From Candidatus Altimarinota bacterium (GTDB taxonomy: Bacteria; Patescibacteriota; Gracilibacteria; UBA1369), in contig JBAZYK010000004.1 in the NCBI GenBank assembly GCA_041659405.1, positions 60,001 to 92,000 on the forward strand: a DNA stretch of 32,000 nt, in the 5' to 3' direction. Below are positions 9,091 to 18,404 of the stretch, one piece after another (position 1 is the first letter of the stretch; every line of letters starts with the position of its first letter). A model generated the notes under the pieces. It searched no databases, had not been told where the DNA came from, and saw nothing but the letters and a program-made list of their open reading frames with translations. Made by a program: the position numbers and the translations under genes.

Positions 9091-10725
9091 ATGAAAACGT
9101 CTTCAAAAATCGTTAAATGGTTAAGCGCAGCCTTGATCATTTTTAACCTATCGTCTTTTGCTGTAGCGCAGGCAATTGTGCCACCAATTAAAATACAGCC
9201 ATACATCAGTACTGCCAAAACTCAGTGGCCCATATATTTTCCATACGCGAACACTAATACTTTTAGTTTTAATTATGGAGGTATCGGCAGCAGTGCGGTA
9301 ATCAATGCCAACGTTCTTGATTCCAACAATGCAGTTAAAAAAACTTGGCAATTTTTAGGAAAAAACATGGGAACATCCGGAACTCAAAGTTTTGTTTGGG
9401 ACGGTAAGGGGTCAAATAATGCGGTTATCCCCGAGGGTGATTACACATTAAAAGTAAGCGGATTTAATGACGCGGCAACCACACTTGGTCCAATTTCCGT
9501 TGCTTTCAGCACTTCTTGGGCTTCTGTAGCTACAGTGTCAGTTTCAAAAGATCCCTACAATCCGGATAAGGATGGATCTTTAAATCTTACATATACCGTT
9601 TTTGGACCTCAAAACGAAAAAATTAATATTTCAATAGTTCCGGATCCAAACCCAAATAATCTTCTTTACGCATCTTATCAAGATTATACTGCAGTAGCCA
9701 ATAAGCCAACAAACATTGTTTGGGCCCCGGCTGCTGGTATTCCGGACGGAACTTACAGAATATATTTTGCCATTGTTGGACAAATGGCAAGATCAACTAC
9801 CTTCCAAATTGCTCGAACACCGGGCTTGGGTGTGCCAACAATGAGCCCGGCAGGCGATTACAATCCAACATTTGGTAATGTGGAATTTACTTCAAACCTG
9901 GTCAATGTAACAACAGCTGCAACTGTAAATGCCGGAGTTTATATTAATAATGACCCTGTAAAAACCTGGACCCTTATAAATCAAACCAATGGCACGGAAA
10001 AATTCACCTGGGACGGAAAAAATGTTTCCAATTATGTTGCAAATGGCCAATACGTATTCAAGGTTTGGGGAACGGCAGATAACGGGAATATGGCTATTCA
10101 GCAATTAACTTTCGTTGTGAATATTCCTGCGGATCCAAATCCAATTCCAAATCCACCGGTTGCCAATCCTTGCGCCGGTTTTCCTGATGTAGACGCGGCA
10201 AGCGTAGATTGTCCGGCTATCACTTACGCAAAAAGTATTGGTGCAATCACCGGAACAGGTAATGGAAACTTTGATCCAAGTGGTAATCTCCAACGTGATC
10301 AGATCGCCAAAATCGCTCTTACAACTTTTAAATTATTTAACGCAAACGTAACTTACTGTCTAAGTAATCCATTCTCGGATGTGACAAACAAAGAATGGTC
10401 ATATCAATATATTTGTTTGGGTAAATCTTTGGGAGTTATTACGGGTTATCTTTCCGGCGCGGATGCGGGTAAATACGTTCCTGCACGTTCGGTAAACCGT
10501 GTTGAGTTTTTGGCACTCTTGTTAAGAAATTTAAAGGAACAAATGCCTGCAAATGATGTTTCGTCATATGCGGATGTTCCAGTAGGTCAGTGGTACACAG
10601 GCTATGCAAAATACTCTTTCGATCACAGTTTATTCTCCGGAAATTCTTTATATCCAAACAACATAGTTACCAGAGTTGAAGTTGCAAAAGTTCTTTATCA
10701 ATTACACAATTTGGGCAAGATTTAA
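9091..10725 (+). CDS. Secreted surface protein with repeated Ig-like (FlgD-Ig-like) modules and a C-terminal SLH-type anchor
   Basis: 544-aa ORF. The signal peptide ends in FAVAQA. The motif W(D)GK..N..(V/A)..G.Y.(L/F)KV(S/W)G recurs (FVWDGKGSNNAVIPEGDYTLKVSG; FTWDGKNVSNYVANGQYVFKVWG). SLH-like FPDVDAASVDCPAITYAKSIGAITGTGNGNFDPSGNLQRDQIAKIAL is present. Confidence 0.85.
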   Translation: MKTSSKIVKWLSAALIIFNLSSFAVAQAIVPPIKIQPYISTAKTQWPIYFPYANTNTFSFNYGGIGSSAVINANVLDSNNAVKKTWQFLGKNMGTSGTQSFVWDGKGSNNAVIPEGDYTLKVSGFNDAATTLGPISVAFSTSWASVATVSVSKDPYNPDKDGSLNLTYTVFGPQNEKINISIVPDPNPNNLLYASYQDYTAVANKPTNIVWAPAAGIPDGTYRIYFAIVGQMARSTTFQIARTPGLGVPTMSPAGDYNPTFGNVEFTSNLVNVTTAATVNAGVYINNDPVKTWTLINQTNGTEKFTWDGKNVSNYVANGQYVFKVWGTADNGNMAIQQLTFVVNIPADPNPIPNPPVANPCAGFPDVDAASVDCPAITYAKSIGAITGTGNGNFDPSGNLQRDQIAKIALTTFKLFNANVTYCLSNPFSDVTNKEWSYQYICLGKSLGVITGYLSGADAGKYVPARSVNRVEFLALLLRNLKEQMPANDVSSYADVPVGQWYTGYAKYSFDHSLFSGNSLYPNNIVTRVEVAKVLYQLHNLGKI

Positions 10726-10799
10726 GCAAAAATCAGGTAAGACCAAATGGCGAACACGCCTTGCGCACATGCAAAACAATTAAAATTTAACCACTCTTT

Positions 10800-11825
10800 A
10801 TGATGAATCAACTGGCCCAAAAAATTTACAATTCAATCTTACAGGCAGGTTATAAATTCCTAGCGATCCTTGGAATACTGGCTATCCTAGCGCCGGCAAC
10901 CGCGCAGGCTGTAATTCCGGTAATCATTATTCCCGCACAAATTCCGGGTTACAATCCTATAGTTCAAAATTTAGTGGCAACCCCCGACCCCTTTGTTTTG
11001 GGAGTGGGACAAGTTAAATTTGAATACAAAATCAGCATAGCCGCCGCCGTCAACGTTACTACGACAATTTATGCCAAAGCTGCGCCAAATATCGCTGTTA
11101 TGACATGGAAGGGCGTAAATAATTCAGGTGTAAACAGCGTTGTTTGGGATGGTTTGGACGATACATTTCATAAGTTTGTAGCTGCAGGCGATTACCAATT
11201 CAAAATTGCAGTGGCTGCTCCGGCAGAAACTCAAACTCTGGATTTTAAAGTTCAGATCAATAACTGCGTGGGATTCAGCGACATTAAAACTACCGATAAA
11301 GATTGCAAAGCGGTGGAATATGTAAAAAATCTTGGTGTAATGACCGGTAATCCGGATGGAACTTTCACTCCGGATTCAAACCTTCAACGTGATCAAATAG
11401 CCAAAATCGTACTCAATACTTTCAAACTTTTTGATCCAAAGCAGGACTATTGTTTAAGCAATAATCCATTCCCGGATGTAACTTCAAATGACTGGGCATA
11501 CCAATACATTTGTCGTGGAAAAGCCCTAAAAATCATCACCGGCTATCTTTCCGGAGTTGAAGCGGGTCTTTACCTTCCGGCAAAATCCGTAAATCGCGTT
11601 GAATTCTTGGCTTTGGTTTTAAGAAATCTGCCAAACAATGCAATTCCGCCAATCACAAGTTCTTCGTATACAGACGTGCAGCCGGGCCTTTGGTACAGCG
11701 GCTACGCCAAATATGCGCAAAACCACAATCTGTTCACAGACTCAAAAATGTACCCCGATAACGCCATGTTAAGGCGCGAAGTAGCCCGCGCACTTTACAC
11801 ATTGCATAACGAAGGGGAGCTGTAA
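10800..11825 (+). CDS. Secreted surface protein, shorter paralog of the 9091-10725 product (one Ig-like module plus the same SLH-type anchor)
   Basis: 341-aa ORF. The signal peptide ends in ATAQA. It has VVWDGLDDTFHKFVAAGDYQFKIA. The C-terminal ~190 aa are colinear with the 544-aa protein (NLQRDQIAKI..TFKLF...YCLSN.PF.DVT...W.YQYIC.GK.L..ITGYLSG..AG.Y.PA.SVNRVEFLAL.LRNL). Confidence 0.85.
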   Translation: MMNQLAQKIYNSILQAGYKFLAILGILAILAPATAQAVIPVIIIPAQIPGYNPIVQNLVATPDPFVLGVGQVKFEYKISIAAAVNVTTTIYAKAAPNIAVMTWKGVNNSGVNSVVWDGLDDTFHKFVAAGDYQFKIAVAAPAETQTLDFKVQINNCVGFSDIKTTDKDCKAVEYVKNLGVMTGNPDGTFTPDSNLQRDQIAKIVLNTFKLFDPKQDYCLSNNPFPDVTSNDWAYQYICRGKALKIITGYLSGVEAGLYLPAKSVNRVEFLALVLRNLPNNAIPPITSSSYTDVQPGLWYSGYAKYAQNHNLFTDSKMYPDNAMLRREVARALYTLHNEGEL

Positions 11826-11836
11826 TTATTTGCACT

Positions 11837-11974
11837 ATGGAATATAACAAAATCGTTCTGCCGCCTCTTCAAACCAAAGAAGAATTTTCAGATGAACTGG
11901 AAGCTGCAGAACGTGATTGGCAAAAAAACGGAGGCCTTACTCTAAAGAAAATATCGCAAAAATATAAACTTTAA
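11837..11974 (+). CDS. Small hypothetical ORF (45 aa, MEYNKIVLPPLQTKEEFSDELEAAERDWQKNGGLTLKKISQKYKL)
   Basis: ATG at 11837 and TAA at 11972-11974, found by hand translation (below the ORF-track cutoff). It fills the gap between the SLH gene and the convergent paralog, overlapping that paralog's stop by 4 nt. No recognisable family. Confidence 0.25.
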   Translation: MEYNKIVLPPLQTKEEFSDELEAAERDWQKNGGLTLKKISQKYKL

Positions 11975-13659
11975 TAAATCAGTTTTAAATAGCAACTGTT
12001 GCAATAAACAGGCCTTTCATCGGCATAAGTTGTCTGTATTTTTGTTTTGCATTGATGACAATTCCGTTCCAAAAGTCTGCGGGGATTCAATTGCCCTTCC
12101 CTGGTTTTATGCCTGCAATCAGAGCATTTTCGTGGGATAGGAAGCTGCAATTTACGATAGAATTTTAATTCTTGAGGGATGATTTTATAGTTTTTACCGC
12201 AATCTTCGCACGCCAAAATTTCCTGAGTAATCGAGTCCGGAACTGTCTGAATTTGATCGGGGATTGCGATTTTAGAAGGTTGATATTCCTTTAAATCCGG
12301 CTCAACCCAATGCAATCCTTTTGCTAAAGTGGCGTTTTTATCGAGTGGAAAATAATCCTGTGCGATGGTTTCGTTATAGGCAAAAGGGCTTATTTGAGAG
12401 GGGAAAAAGTCGCCCCATTCCTCCGCGCTCACACCATCCGCCGTGTGCTGGCTTTTCCGCATCTGCTCAATGATTTTTGGCACAAGCTTATTGTATTCCT
12501 CCTCGGAATATTGCTTGTTCAAAATGCAAAATTTCTTATGTTTAAGGCCAACACAACCAAAACAATGGTCGGAATAAAAAGTTTCAAAACTATAATAAAC
12601 ATCATGGATATTCCAACTGTGAATTACATTAAAACAATTGAATGCATCTACGGCGCTCATGCAATTATAAAGAAGTTCCCCTTTTGAATAATTGATATCT
12701 TGGCAGTCCTTAGCGCCAGCCGGAATATTCCAGCAATAAGCACAATCTTCAATTCCATCCGCATGGTAGCAATGGTCGGAATTTTTAGAGTTTCTTAAAT
12801 AATCTCCGCTGCAATTTTCACAATTAACCATTTGGCTGGCCACATGAGGAAACGGGGCAAAGAAATCTTTAGTTTTTAGTTCCATTTTTTGCAATTCCCC
12901 GCGTCCGGATTGCAGGTTTTTTAAAAAGTCTTCATATTCACTTTTCGAAACCGGCTGATTAAAAATGTGATATTGCTTGTTCCTTAAGCCAAAACAACCA
13001 ATACAATTTTGGCAACCCCTGCAATCGTTACAAAAATAAAGATCAGAACTGTTCCCGGAATCTTTACAGAAAATCGATCCATACAAATTGTCACATTCAA
13101 CGCATTCATAGCAAAGTTCGCAGCGTGAACAGCCGTAACAATCAACGCAATCACGCGAAAAATTTGTCCAAAAACAATAATGGCAACTTTCACTATAGCC
13201 ACCCGAAACGCACATGTAAGAATTCTTAAAAGCGATGGAATAAGGGCAAAAATCACTATTTTCACTCTTGTCCGAAACCATCATCGCAAAATGCGGAACC
13301 GCTTTTAAAAGCTCATCAAATTGCGCAAAAAATGGCTTGCTCAAGTCGTAATCTTGCCCGTATTGCATGGGGTCCCAGTCGTCACTCCACCACGCTTTTG
13401 ATTCATAAACTTTATAAGGCGAATTAGCCGGATAAAAAGAGATAATATCTTTATTGGTTAAGTCACATTTTCTTTTATAAAAAGTCCGTTCATTGCGAAA
13501 ACTTAAGCGCCTCTGTTGCCTGCAATCAGGGCACATCTTTAATAGCAGCGGATATTTTTTGCCATTAAAAATTGGCGCAATTCTTTCAAAAAAATCCAAA
13601 TCTTTTTGTGAAAGCTCAAAATTTTTGTGACACTCTTTGCACTCAGCAATCACAGGCAA
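11971..13659 (-). CDS. Cys-rich double-zinc-ribbon repeat protein, paralog 1 of 7 (uncharacterised family)
   Basis: 562 aa with no signal peptide. N-terminal CKECHKNF...FFERI...CPDCRQQRRLSFRNERTFYKRKCD. Duplicated motif GCFGLRNKQYHIFNQPVSKSEYE and GCVGLKHKKFCILNKQYSEEEYNKLVPKIIEQM. C-terminal CEDCGKNYKIIPQELKFYRKLQLPIPRKCSDCRH...RNCHQC...VYCNSCY. The start lies 13 nt after the ATPase stop. Confidence 0.9.
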   Translation of the reverse strand: MPVIAECKECHKNFELSQKDLDFFERIAPIFNGKKYPLLLKMCPDCRQQRRLSFRNERTFYKRKCDLTNKDIISFYPANSPYKVYESKAWWSDDWDPMQYGQDYDLSKPFFAQFDELLKAVPHFAMMVSDKSENSDFCPYSIAFKNSYMCVSGGYSESCHYCFWTNFSRDCVDCYGCSRCELCYECVECDNLYGSIFCKDSGNSSDLYFCNDCRGCQNCIGCFGLRNKQYHIFNQPVSKSEYEDFLKNLQSGRGELQKMELKTKDFFAPFPHVASQMVNCENCSGDYLRNSKNSDHCYHADGIEDCAYCWNIPAGAKDCQDINYSKGELLYNCMSAVDAFNCFNVIHSWNIHDVYYSFETFYSDHCFGCVGLKHKKFCILNKQYSEEEYNKLVPKIIEQMRKSQHTADGVSAEEWGDFFPSQISPFAYNETIAQDYFPLDKNATLAKGLHWVEPDLKEYQPSKIAIPDQIQTVPDSITQEILACEDCGKNYKIIPQELKFYRKLQLPIPRKCSDCRHKTREGQLNPRRLLERNCHQCKTKIQTTYADERPVYCNSCYLKLIY

Positions 13660-13672
13660 GATAATAAATAAA

Positions 13673-15910
13673 TTAAATCAGCGGCACCTCAAAATCTTCC
13701 GCCTGTTGAATCACGTTGTTGGTCTGCGGCAAAGGTTCATCCAGCTTTCCTTCATCCCAACGTTTCAAATTTTCTTCAACCTTTTCACGAGGGTTGCAAT
13801 ACTTTTTGCGTGAAGCTTCAATAATTTGTCTGGTGTAATCAACTTCCGGAAATTTCATATCCAGAGTTCGCCCGGAAAAGGCTTCTGTAAGCTCTCCATT
13901 GATTGACATTTTTAAATAAAATTCACGAACGCCAAGGTTAATAATATCGCGAATATTGAAAATTGGCGTGTATTCACCTTCCAGAATCACCGCATCTTCC
14001 GCTCCAACTCTAAAACTAATCATGGAACCGACGTTACCAAAAACCGTTTTACGAATCATCTCACTCAGCTGCCCAATATATTGATGCGCAATGGTCATGC
14101 ACAAGCGATATTTACGGGCTTCGGACATGATTTCGGAAAAGGTATCTGTGGCAAAGTTTTGGAATTCATCCACATAGAAATAAAAATCTTTGCGATCTTC
14201 TTCGCGCATATCCGCGCGGGACATCGCCGCCTGATAAATTTTTGTGATAATCATCGAACCGATCAACTGCGCGTTTTCCTCACCCAGCAGACCTTTAGAG
14301 ACCTTCATCAAAAGGATTTTTTGACCGTCCATAATATCGCGAATATTAAAACTGTTCTTCGGCTGGCCGATAATATTACGAATCATATTTGTGGAAACCA
14401 GCTGTCCAACTTTATTGAGCAGTGGAGTAATGGCTTCAGAATCGAACTTTTCACTCCATCCGGCAAATTCATTTACCCAGAAATTTTTCACCACCGAATC
14501 CTCGATCCTGGACACAATCGACTGACGATAATTCTTATCCGAAAGCATTTTTAAAATCGAAAGCACAGTCGTGTTTGGCGAGTCCAGAAGCGCCAAAGTC
14601 ACATAACGCAAAACGTGTTCCAGACGGTCTGACCAGTTATTTCCAAACAGTTTTTTAAAGATTTGAATAAAACCAATTGTAATCTGCATTTTGTATTTTT
14701 CGTCGACTTTTTCCAATGGATTAAAAGCGATGGGGAACTCCGTATCGGCAGGATCAAAATAAATTACATCATTGATGCGATTTTCCGGAATCATGCGTAA
14801 AATGTTGTCTACAAGGTCTCCGTGCGGATCAAGCACGCAAATTCCCTTACCGGAATGAATATCCGAATGGATCAAAAGTTCCAAAGCTTTCGATTTGCCA
14901 ACACCGCTTTTCCCCACAACGTACAAATGTCTGCGGCGATCTTCACGCTTCAAGCCAAATTTTTGAAAATTGTTATGATAATTCGTAATTCCAAACATGG
15001 AAATGTCATCACCATGGGTCGGTAAATCTTTTGGAGGTTCGTGTTTTTTGGCTAACACATGCACAACATGAGGCACGTGATCGGCATTCGGCAAATGGAA
15101 AAAAGTTGCCAATTCATGAGTGCTTACCATTCCCGGATTGGTCATATGTCGCTTCTTGTACTCATTCAAAAACGACTGTCCGCTTTTTACGCGCTCCATT
15201 TCAAAACCATTCGCGTCGGTTTTGTTGAATTGATAAAAGGCTTTTGCAAGCGCCTGGAGTGTTCTGTCAGCCTCGGATTCTTCTGTCGAAACAGCACCAA
15301 TTCGAATTTGAATTTCAAAAGGTTCGTGCTCTGTTTTATGCACAAAAGACTCATTTTCTTCTTTGAAATAGGTTTTTTTATCCTTCAAACGAACGTAATT
15401 CTTAAGTCTGAAGTTCCGTCTAAAATTGTTAAATTTCATCTTCCATCTGCGCACAAAATGATATTTCCAGTTGTCGTCTTTTGGTGAAACCAAAATCTGG
15501 ATCCAGGAATAATCCTGGCGTTTCATCTTGGAAATAACCGCAAAAACACCGGAAAGAGAGTCATTTTCAAAATGACTGTAATCCACAAAAGGATAAATAT
15601 CGCTCATTCTAAAGCTCAAACTCGTTCCTTTTAGAACGTGCTTGGTTGGATCATAAAATTCGGTGTAATCTTTATAAGGACGGATTTCACAGTCCGGAAA
15701 AGTCGCATAGAGTAGACCTTCAATCAATTTTACATTGCCGGATTCGCAGCCAATAAAAAAGTAGGTGTATTCATTATACCCCAGCATTTCAAACGAAAAA
15801 TGGCCATGGTGAGCCGATTTATGCAGGTTATCCAAAAAATTCAGGAAGAGACCTTCTTTTTTTGGATTATCCGGTGTTCCCTGCGGTATGACAACATGTA
15901 AATATTCCAT
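13673..15910 (-). CDS. VirD4/TraD/TraG-like (type IV coupling-protein-like) P-loop ATPase, soluble form
   Basis: 745 aa. Walker A LYVVGKSGVGKSKALE, Walker B-like DFYFYVDEFQNF, and a TraG/TraD C-terminal-type motif ARKYRLCMTIAHQYIGQL. There is no hydrophobic N-terminal segment. No other T4SS genes are present in the window. Confidence 0.75.
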   Translation of the reverse strand: MEYLHVVIPQGTPDNPKKEGLFLNFLDNLHKSAHHGHFSFEMLGYNEYTYFFIGCESGNVKLIEGLLYATFPDCEIRPYKDYTEFYDPTKHVLKGTSLSFRMSDIYPFVDYSHFENDSLSGVFAVISKMKRQDYSWIQILVSPKDDNWKYHFVRRWKMKFNNFRRNFRLKNYVRLKDKKTYFKEENESFVHKTEHEPFEIQIRIGAVSTEESEADRTLQALAKAFYQFNKTDANGFEMERVKSGQSFLNEYKKRHMTNPGMVSTHELATFFHLPNADHVPHVVHVLAKKHEPPKDLPTHGDDISMFGITNYHNNFQKFGLKREDRRRHLYVVGKSGVGKSKALELLIHSDIHSGKGICVLDPHGDLVDNILRMIPENRINDVIYFDPADTEFPIAFNPLEKVDEKYKMQITIGFIQIFKKLFGNNWSDRLEHVLRYVTLALLDSPNTTVLSILKMLSDKNYRQSIVSRIEDSVVKNFWVNEFAGWSEKFDSEAITPLLNKVGQLVSTNMIRNIIGQPKNSFNIRDIMDGQKILLMKVSKGLLGEENAQLIGSMIITKIYQAAMSRADMREEDRKDFYFYVDEFQNFATDTFSEIMSEARKYRLCMTIAHQYIGQLSEMIRKTVFGNVGSMISFRVGAEDAVILEGEYTPIFNIRDIINLGVREFYLKMSINGELTEAFSGRTLDMKFPEVDYTRQIIEASRKKYCNPREKVEENLKRWDEGKLDEPLPQTNNVIQQAEDFEVPLI

Positions 15911-16062
15911 TGCTATAGCTGCTATTCAGAGTTTAATTATAGCAGGAAAACGCCTAAAATGCAACCGTCAAGTGGCCTGCCCTGAGGCAAAAACGGATCT
16001 AAATCATCTGATCAACAAAAATTTAGCAAAAATTTATGATTTGTTAATGTGCTTAGTGTATT

Positions 16063-16131
16063 TTGATATTGTTTCAATAAAACAACATATATGATAAGAT
16101 ATACGGTGGAATATATAATCTATCATATATG
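16063..16131 (+). promoter_or_regulatory. Putative promoter and inverted-repeat operator of the Phd/RelE operon
   Basis: TTGATA at 16063-16068 is followed about 17-18 nt later by an AT-rich -10-like catatat. An inverted repeat catatatgataagat (16086-16100) / atctatcatatatg (16118-16131) gives 14 bp with one bulged A and overlaps the -10 region and the start codon. Confidence 0.45.
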
Positions 16132-16377
16132 AAATCAATAATTACCACTACCCAGGTGCAACAAAAAATTGGCAAAATATCGGAAGAAATAGTGGAAAAC
16201 AGCTATGTCGTCACCAACAGGGGAATGGCAAAAATTGTCATGCTCCCATATTTTGATGGTTGTGATGATTTTATCGATGATTACATGGAAGAATTCGAGA
16301 TACTTAAAAACAGAACAAAATTGCAAAAAGAACTTAAGGAATCACTTAAGTCCGGTAAAAGCTCTCTCCAAATATGA
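16129..16377 (+). CDS. Type II antitoxin, Phd/YefM-like
   Basis: 82 aa. The N-terminal pattern MKSIITTTQVQQKIGKISEEIVENSYVVTNRGMAKIVMLPY fits the Phd/YefM fold signature. The stop overlaps the downstream toxin start (ATGA at 16374-16377). Confidence 0.7.
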   Translation: MKSIITTTQVQQKIGKISEEIVENSYVVTNRGMAKIVMLPYFDGCDDFIDDYMEEFEILKNRTKLQKELKESLKSGKSSLQI

Positions 16378-16643
16378 ACACTTTTGTTTTTACAAAAAGC
16401 GCCCAGAAGCAGTTTTTAAGCATTTCATCTTTGGCTCAAACCCAAATAAAAGCAAAACTTGGACTGCTTAAAAATTATCCGGACATTATAAAAATAATGA
16501 AGCCCCTTCATAATTTGGAACCGGCCACACATCGCTTAAGAATCGGCGCTTATCGATTATTGCTTTGCCTAAAATCAAGCCATCAAAATGACCAAGAGTT
16601 TTGGATCCTCAAAATCGGACATCGAAAAGATGTTTATAAATAG
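16374..16643 (+). CDS. Type II toxin, RelE/ParE superfamily
   Basis: 89 aa with a C-terminal HRLRIGAYRLLLCL...FWILKIGHRKDVYK typical of RelE/ParE. It is translationally coupled to the upstream antitoxin. Confidence 0.75.
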   Translation: MNTFVFTKSAQKQFLSISSLAQTQIKAKLGLLKNYPDIIKIMKPLHNLEPATHRLRIGAYRLLLCLKSSHQNDQEFWILKIGHRKDVYK

Positions 16644-16664
16644 TTACTTTTAACTCGAAGAAAT

Positions 16665-18356
16665 TTAATAAACCGCTTCCAAATAACACTTTTCGCAATA
16701 AATAATTTCGGGCCTTTCCGGCGCATAAGTTGTTTTCAAATCCACGCCACATTTTGCGCAATTTCTATTCCAAAGTTTGCGAGGATTTATTAAAGCTTTT
16801 CGGGAATAATGCCTGCAGTCAGGGCAAAGTTTTGGCACAGGAACGCCCAATTTTCTATATAATTCCAATTCCTGGGAAATAACTTTGTAAGGATTGCCAT
16901 CTTTTTCGCAGATAAGCGCCGAGTTTAAAATATCATCATTAATTTCTTTGATTGTGCCCTTATCATTTAGTGCAAAAGTTTTTTGAGCAGCGATTTTTGG
17001 CTTAAGATAGTCATTCCAGTTAAACCCCTTGGCAATTGCCTCTTCCCGACTTAGTGGAAAATATTCCTGAGCCAACGTGTCATTATAGCCATAAGGCGAC
17101 ATTTGTTGCGGGTAAAATTCTCCCCACTCACCATTTTTTTTCATGTGTTCAATAATTTTTGGTAACAGTTCCTCGTATTGTTCTTTGGAATATTGCCTGT
17201 TCAAAATGCAATACTGCTTATGTCTAAGCCCAATACAGCCAAATAAATTCTGGGAACTAAAACAATAATCGCTATAAAATAAATCACTACATCCCAGGGA
17301 ACATTTAATACAAAATTTGGAATTATTTGTTAGGTATACGCCAACACATCCATACAAAAAAGTGGAATCCATGCCTGAGTTAAAGCAATCTTGGCTGTTT
17401 TGCATCATGCCGTCCCAAACATACTTAAGCCCTTCCGACATCATGACATCAAAACAAAATTTGCAGTTTTTTGATTGCATAATGTAGTCCCCAACGCAAT
17501 CTTCAGAAGCCAAAAGATGTGAATATAGCCGCGGTATTTTTTTTGAAATTTCCGAAACTTTTTCTTTAGTTTTTTTAATGTTTTCGTTTGAAAAAACAAA
17601 AGTTTTCATAAACTCCTGATACTCTTCTTTTGTTTTCTGCTCATTGAAAATGCAATATTGTTTATGCCTAAGGCCTACGCATCCAAAACAATCCGTACAA
17701 CTCTGACAATCATCACAGAAAAAACATTCATTTAGATTTTGGCTGTTCATAGACCAAAAACTGCGATAAGAGTTGGAAACTTTTACACATTCATAAGATA
17801 ATTCACATTCAAAACACCAAAACATATCCATGCAGTCCCGACTGGTTAGGCCAAACGTGTTGCAGTAATGACAATTTTCGGCTTGTTCGCTGTTAAAACA
17901 AAGATAACAATTTTTAAGATCATTAGTGTCATTGCAGTATTCGCTGGTTTCATTATTGCGATTTTGCAGGTTGATCGAAGGGACTTTTTTGAGTAGCTCC
18001 TCGAATTGGTCAAAAAATGGCCTGTTAAAGTCAAAATCTTTTCCATAAGTTAAAGGATCCCACTTGTCCGACCACCAGACAGCCTGATCATAAACCGGAT
18101 TTTTAAAAGTTGGAGGATAAACCGAAATAATATCCTTACCCGAAAAATCACATTTGCGCTTATATAAAACCCTTTCATTCCTAAAAGCCGTCAGGCGCTG
18201 CATTCTGCATTTGGGACAAATAACCGGCGCTGGCAATATATATTTTACGCCTTTAATAACAGGAGAAATCTTATCGTAAAATTCCAAATCTTCATTAGCG
18301 ATTTCAAAACTTTTCTGACAAATTTTGCAGTTTTTTATTTCTGACATATAGCCCAT
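16665..18356 (-). CDS. Cys-rich double-zinc-ribbon repeat protein, paralog 2 of 7
   Basis: 563 aa. CKICQKSFEI...FYDKISP...CPKCRMQRLTAFRNERVLYKRKCD; GCVGLRHKQYCIFNEQKTKEEYQ and GCIGLRHKQYCILNRQYSKEQYEELLPKIIEHM; C-terminal ...LCPDCRHY...RNCAKCG...IIYCEKCYLEAVY. The first C-terminal knuckle is CEKD instead of CxxC. Confidence 0.9.
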   Translation of the reverse strand: MGYMSEIKNCKICQKSFEIANEDLEFYDKISPVIKGVKYILPAPVICPKCRMQRLTAFRNERVLYKRKCDFSGKDIISVYPPTFKNPVYDQAVWWSDKWDPLTYGKDFDFNRPFFDQFEELLKKVPSINLQNRNNETSEYCNDTNDLKNCYLCFNSEQAENCHYCNTFGLTSRDCMDMFWCFECELSYECVKVSNSYRSFWSMNSQNLNECFFCDDCQSCTDCFGCVGLRHKQYCIFNEQKTKEEYQEFMKTFVFSNENIKKTKEKVSEISKKIPRLYSHLLASEDCVGDYIMQSKNCKFCFDVMMSEGLKYVWDGMMQNSQDCFNSGMDSTFLYGCVGVYLTNNSKFCIKCSLGCSDLFYSDYCFSSQNLFGCIGLRHKQYCILNRQYSKEQYEELLPKIIEHMKKNGEWGEFYPQQMSPYGYNDTLAQEYFPLSREEAIAKGFNWNDYLKPKIAAQKTFALNDKGTIKEINDDILNSALICEKDGNPYKVISQELELYRKLGVPVPKLCPDCRHYSRKALINPRKLWNRNCAKCGVDLKTTYAPERPEIIYCEKCYLEAVY

Positions 18357-18404
18357 AAAATACGGTCGAATTCTGAAACTTTATCGCCACATTTGCAAGG
18401 GGTT

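Noticed and set aside
14081-14554. Plus-strand ORFs inside the minus-strand ATPase and paralog genes (also 12394-12687, 15059-15487, 18893-19249, 20882-21226, 22613-22867, 27001-27556 and others)
   Set aside because: All are antisense to long ORFs with clear family conservation. They have no recognisable motifs and show the biased composition typical of shadow frames.
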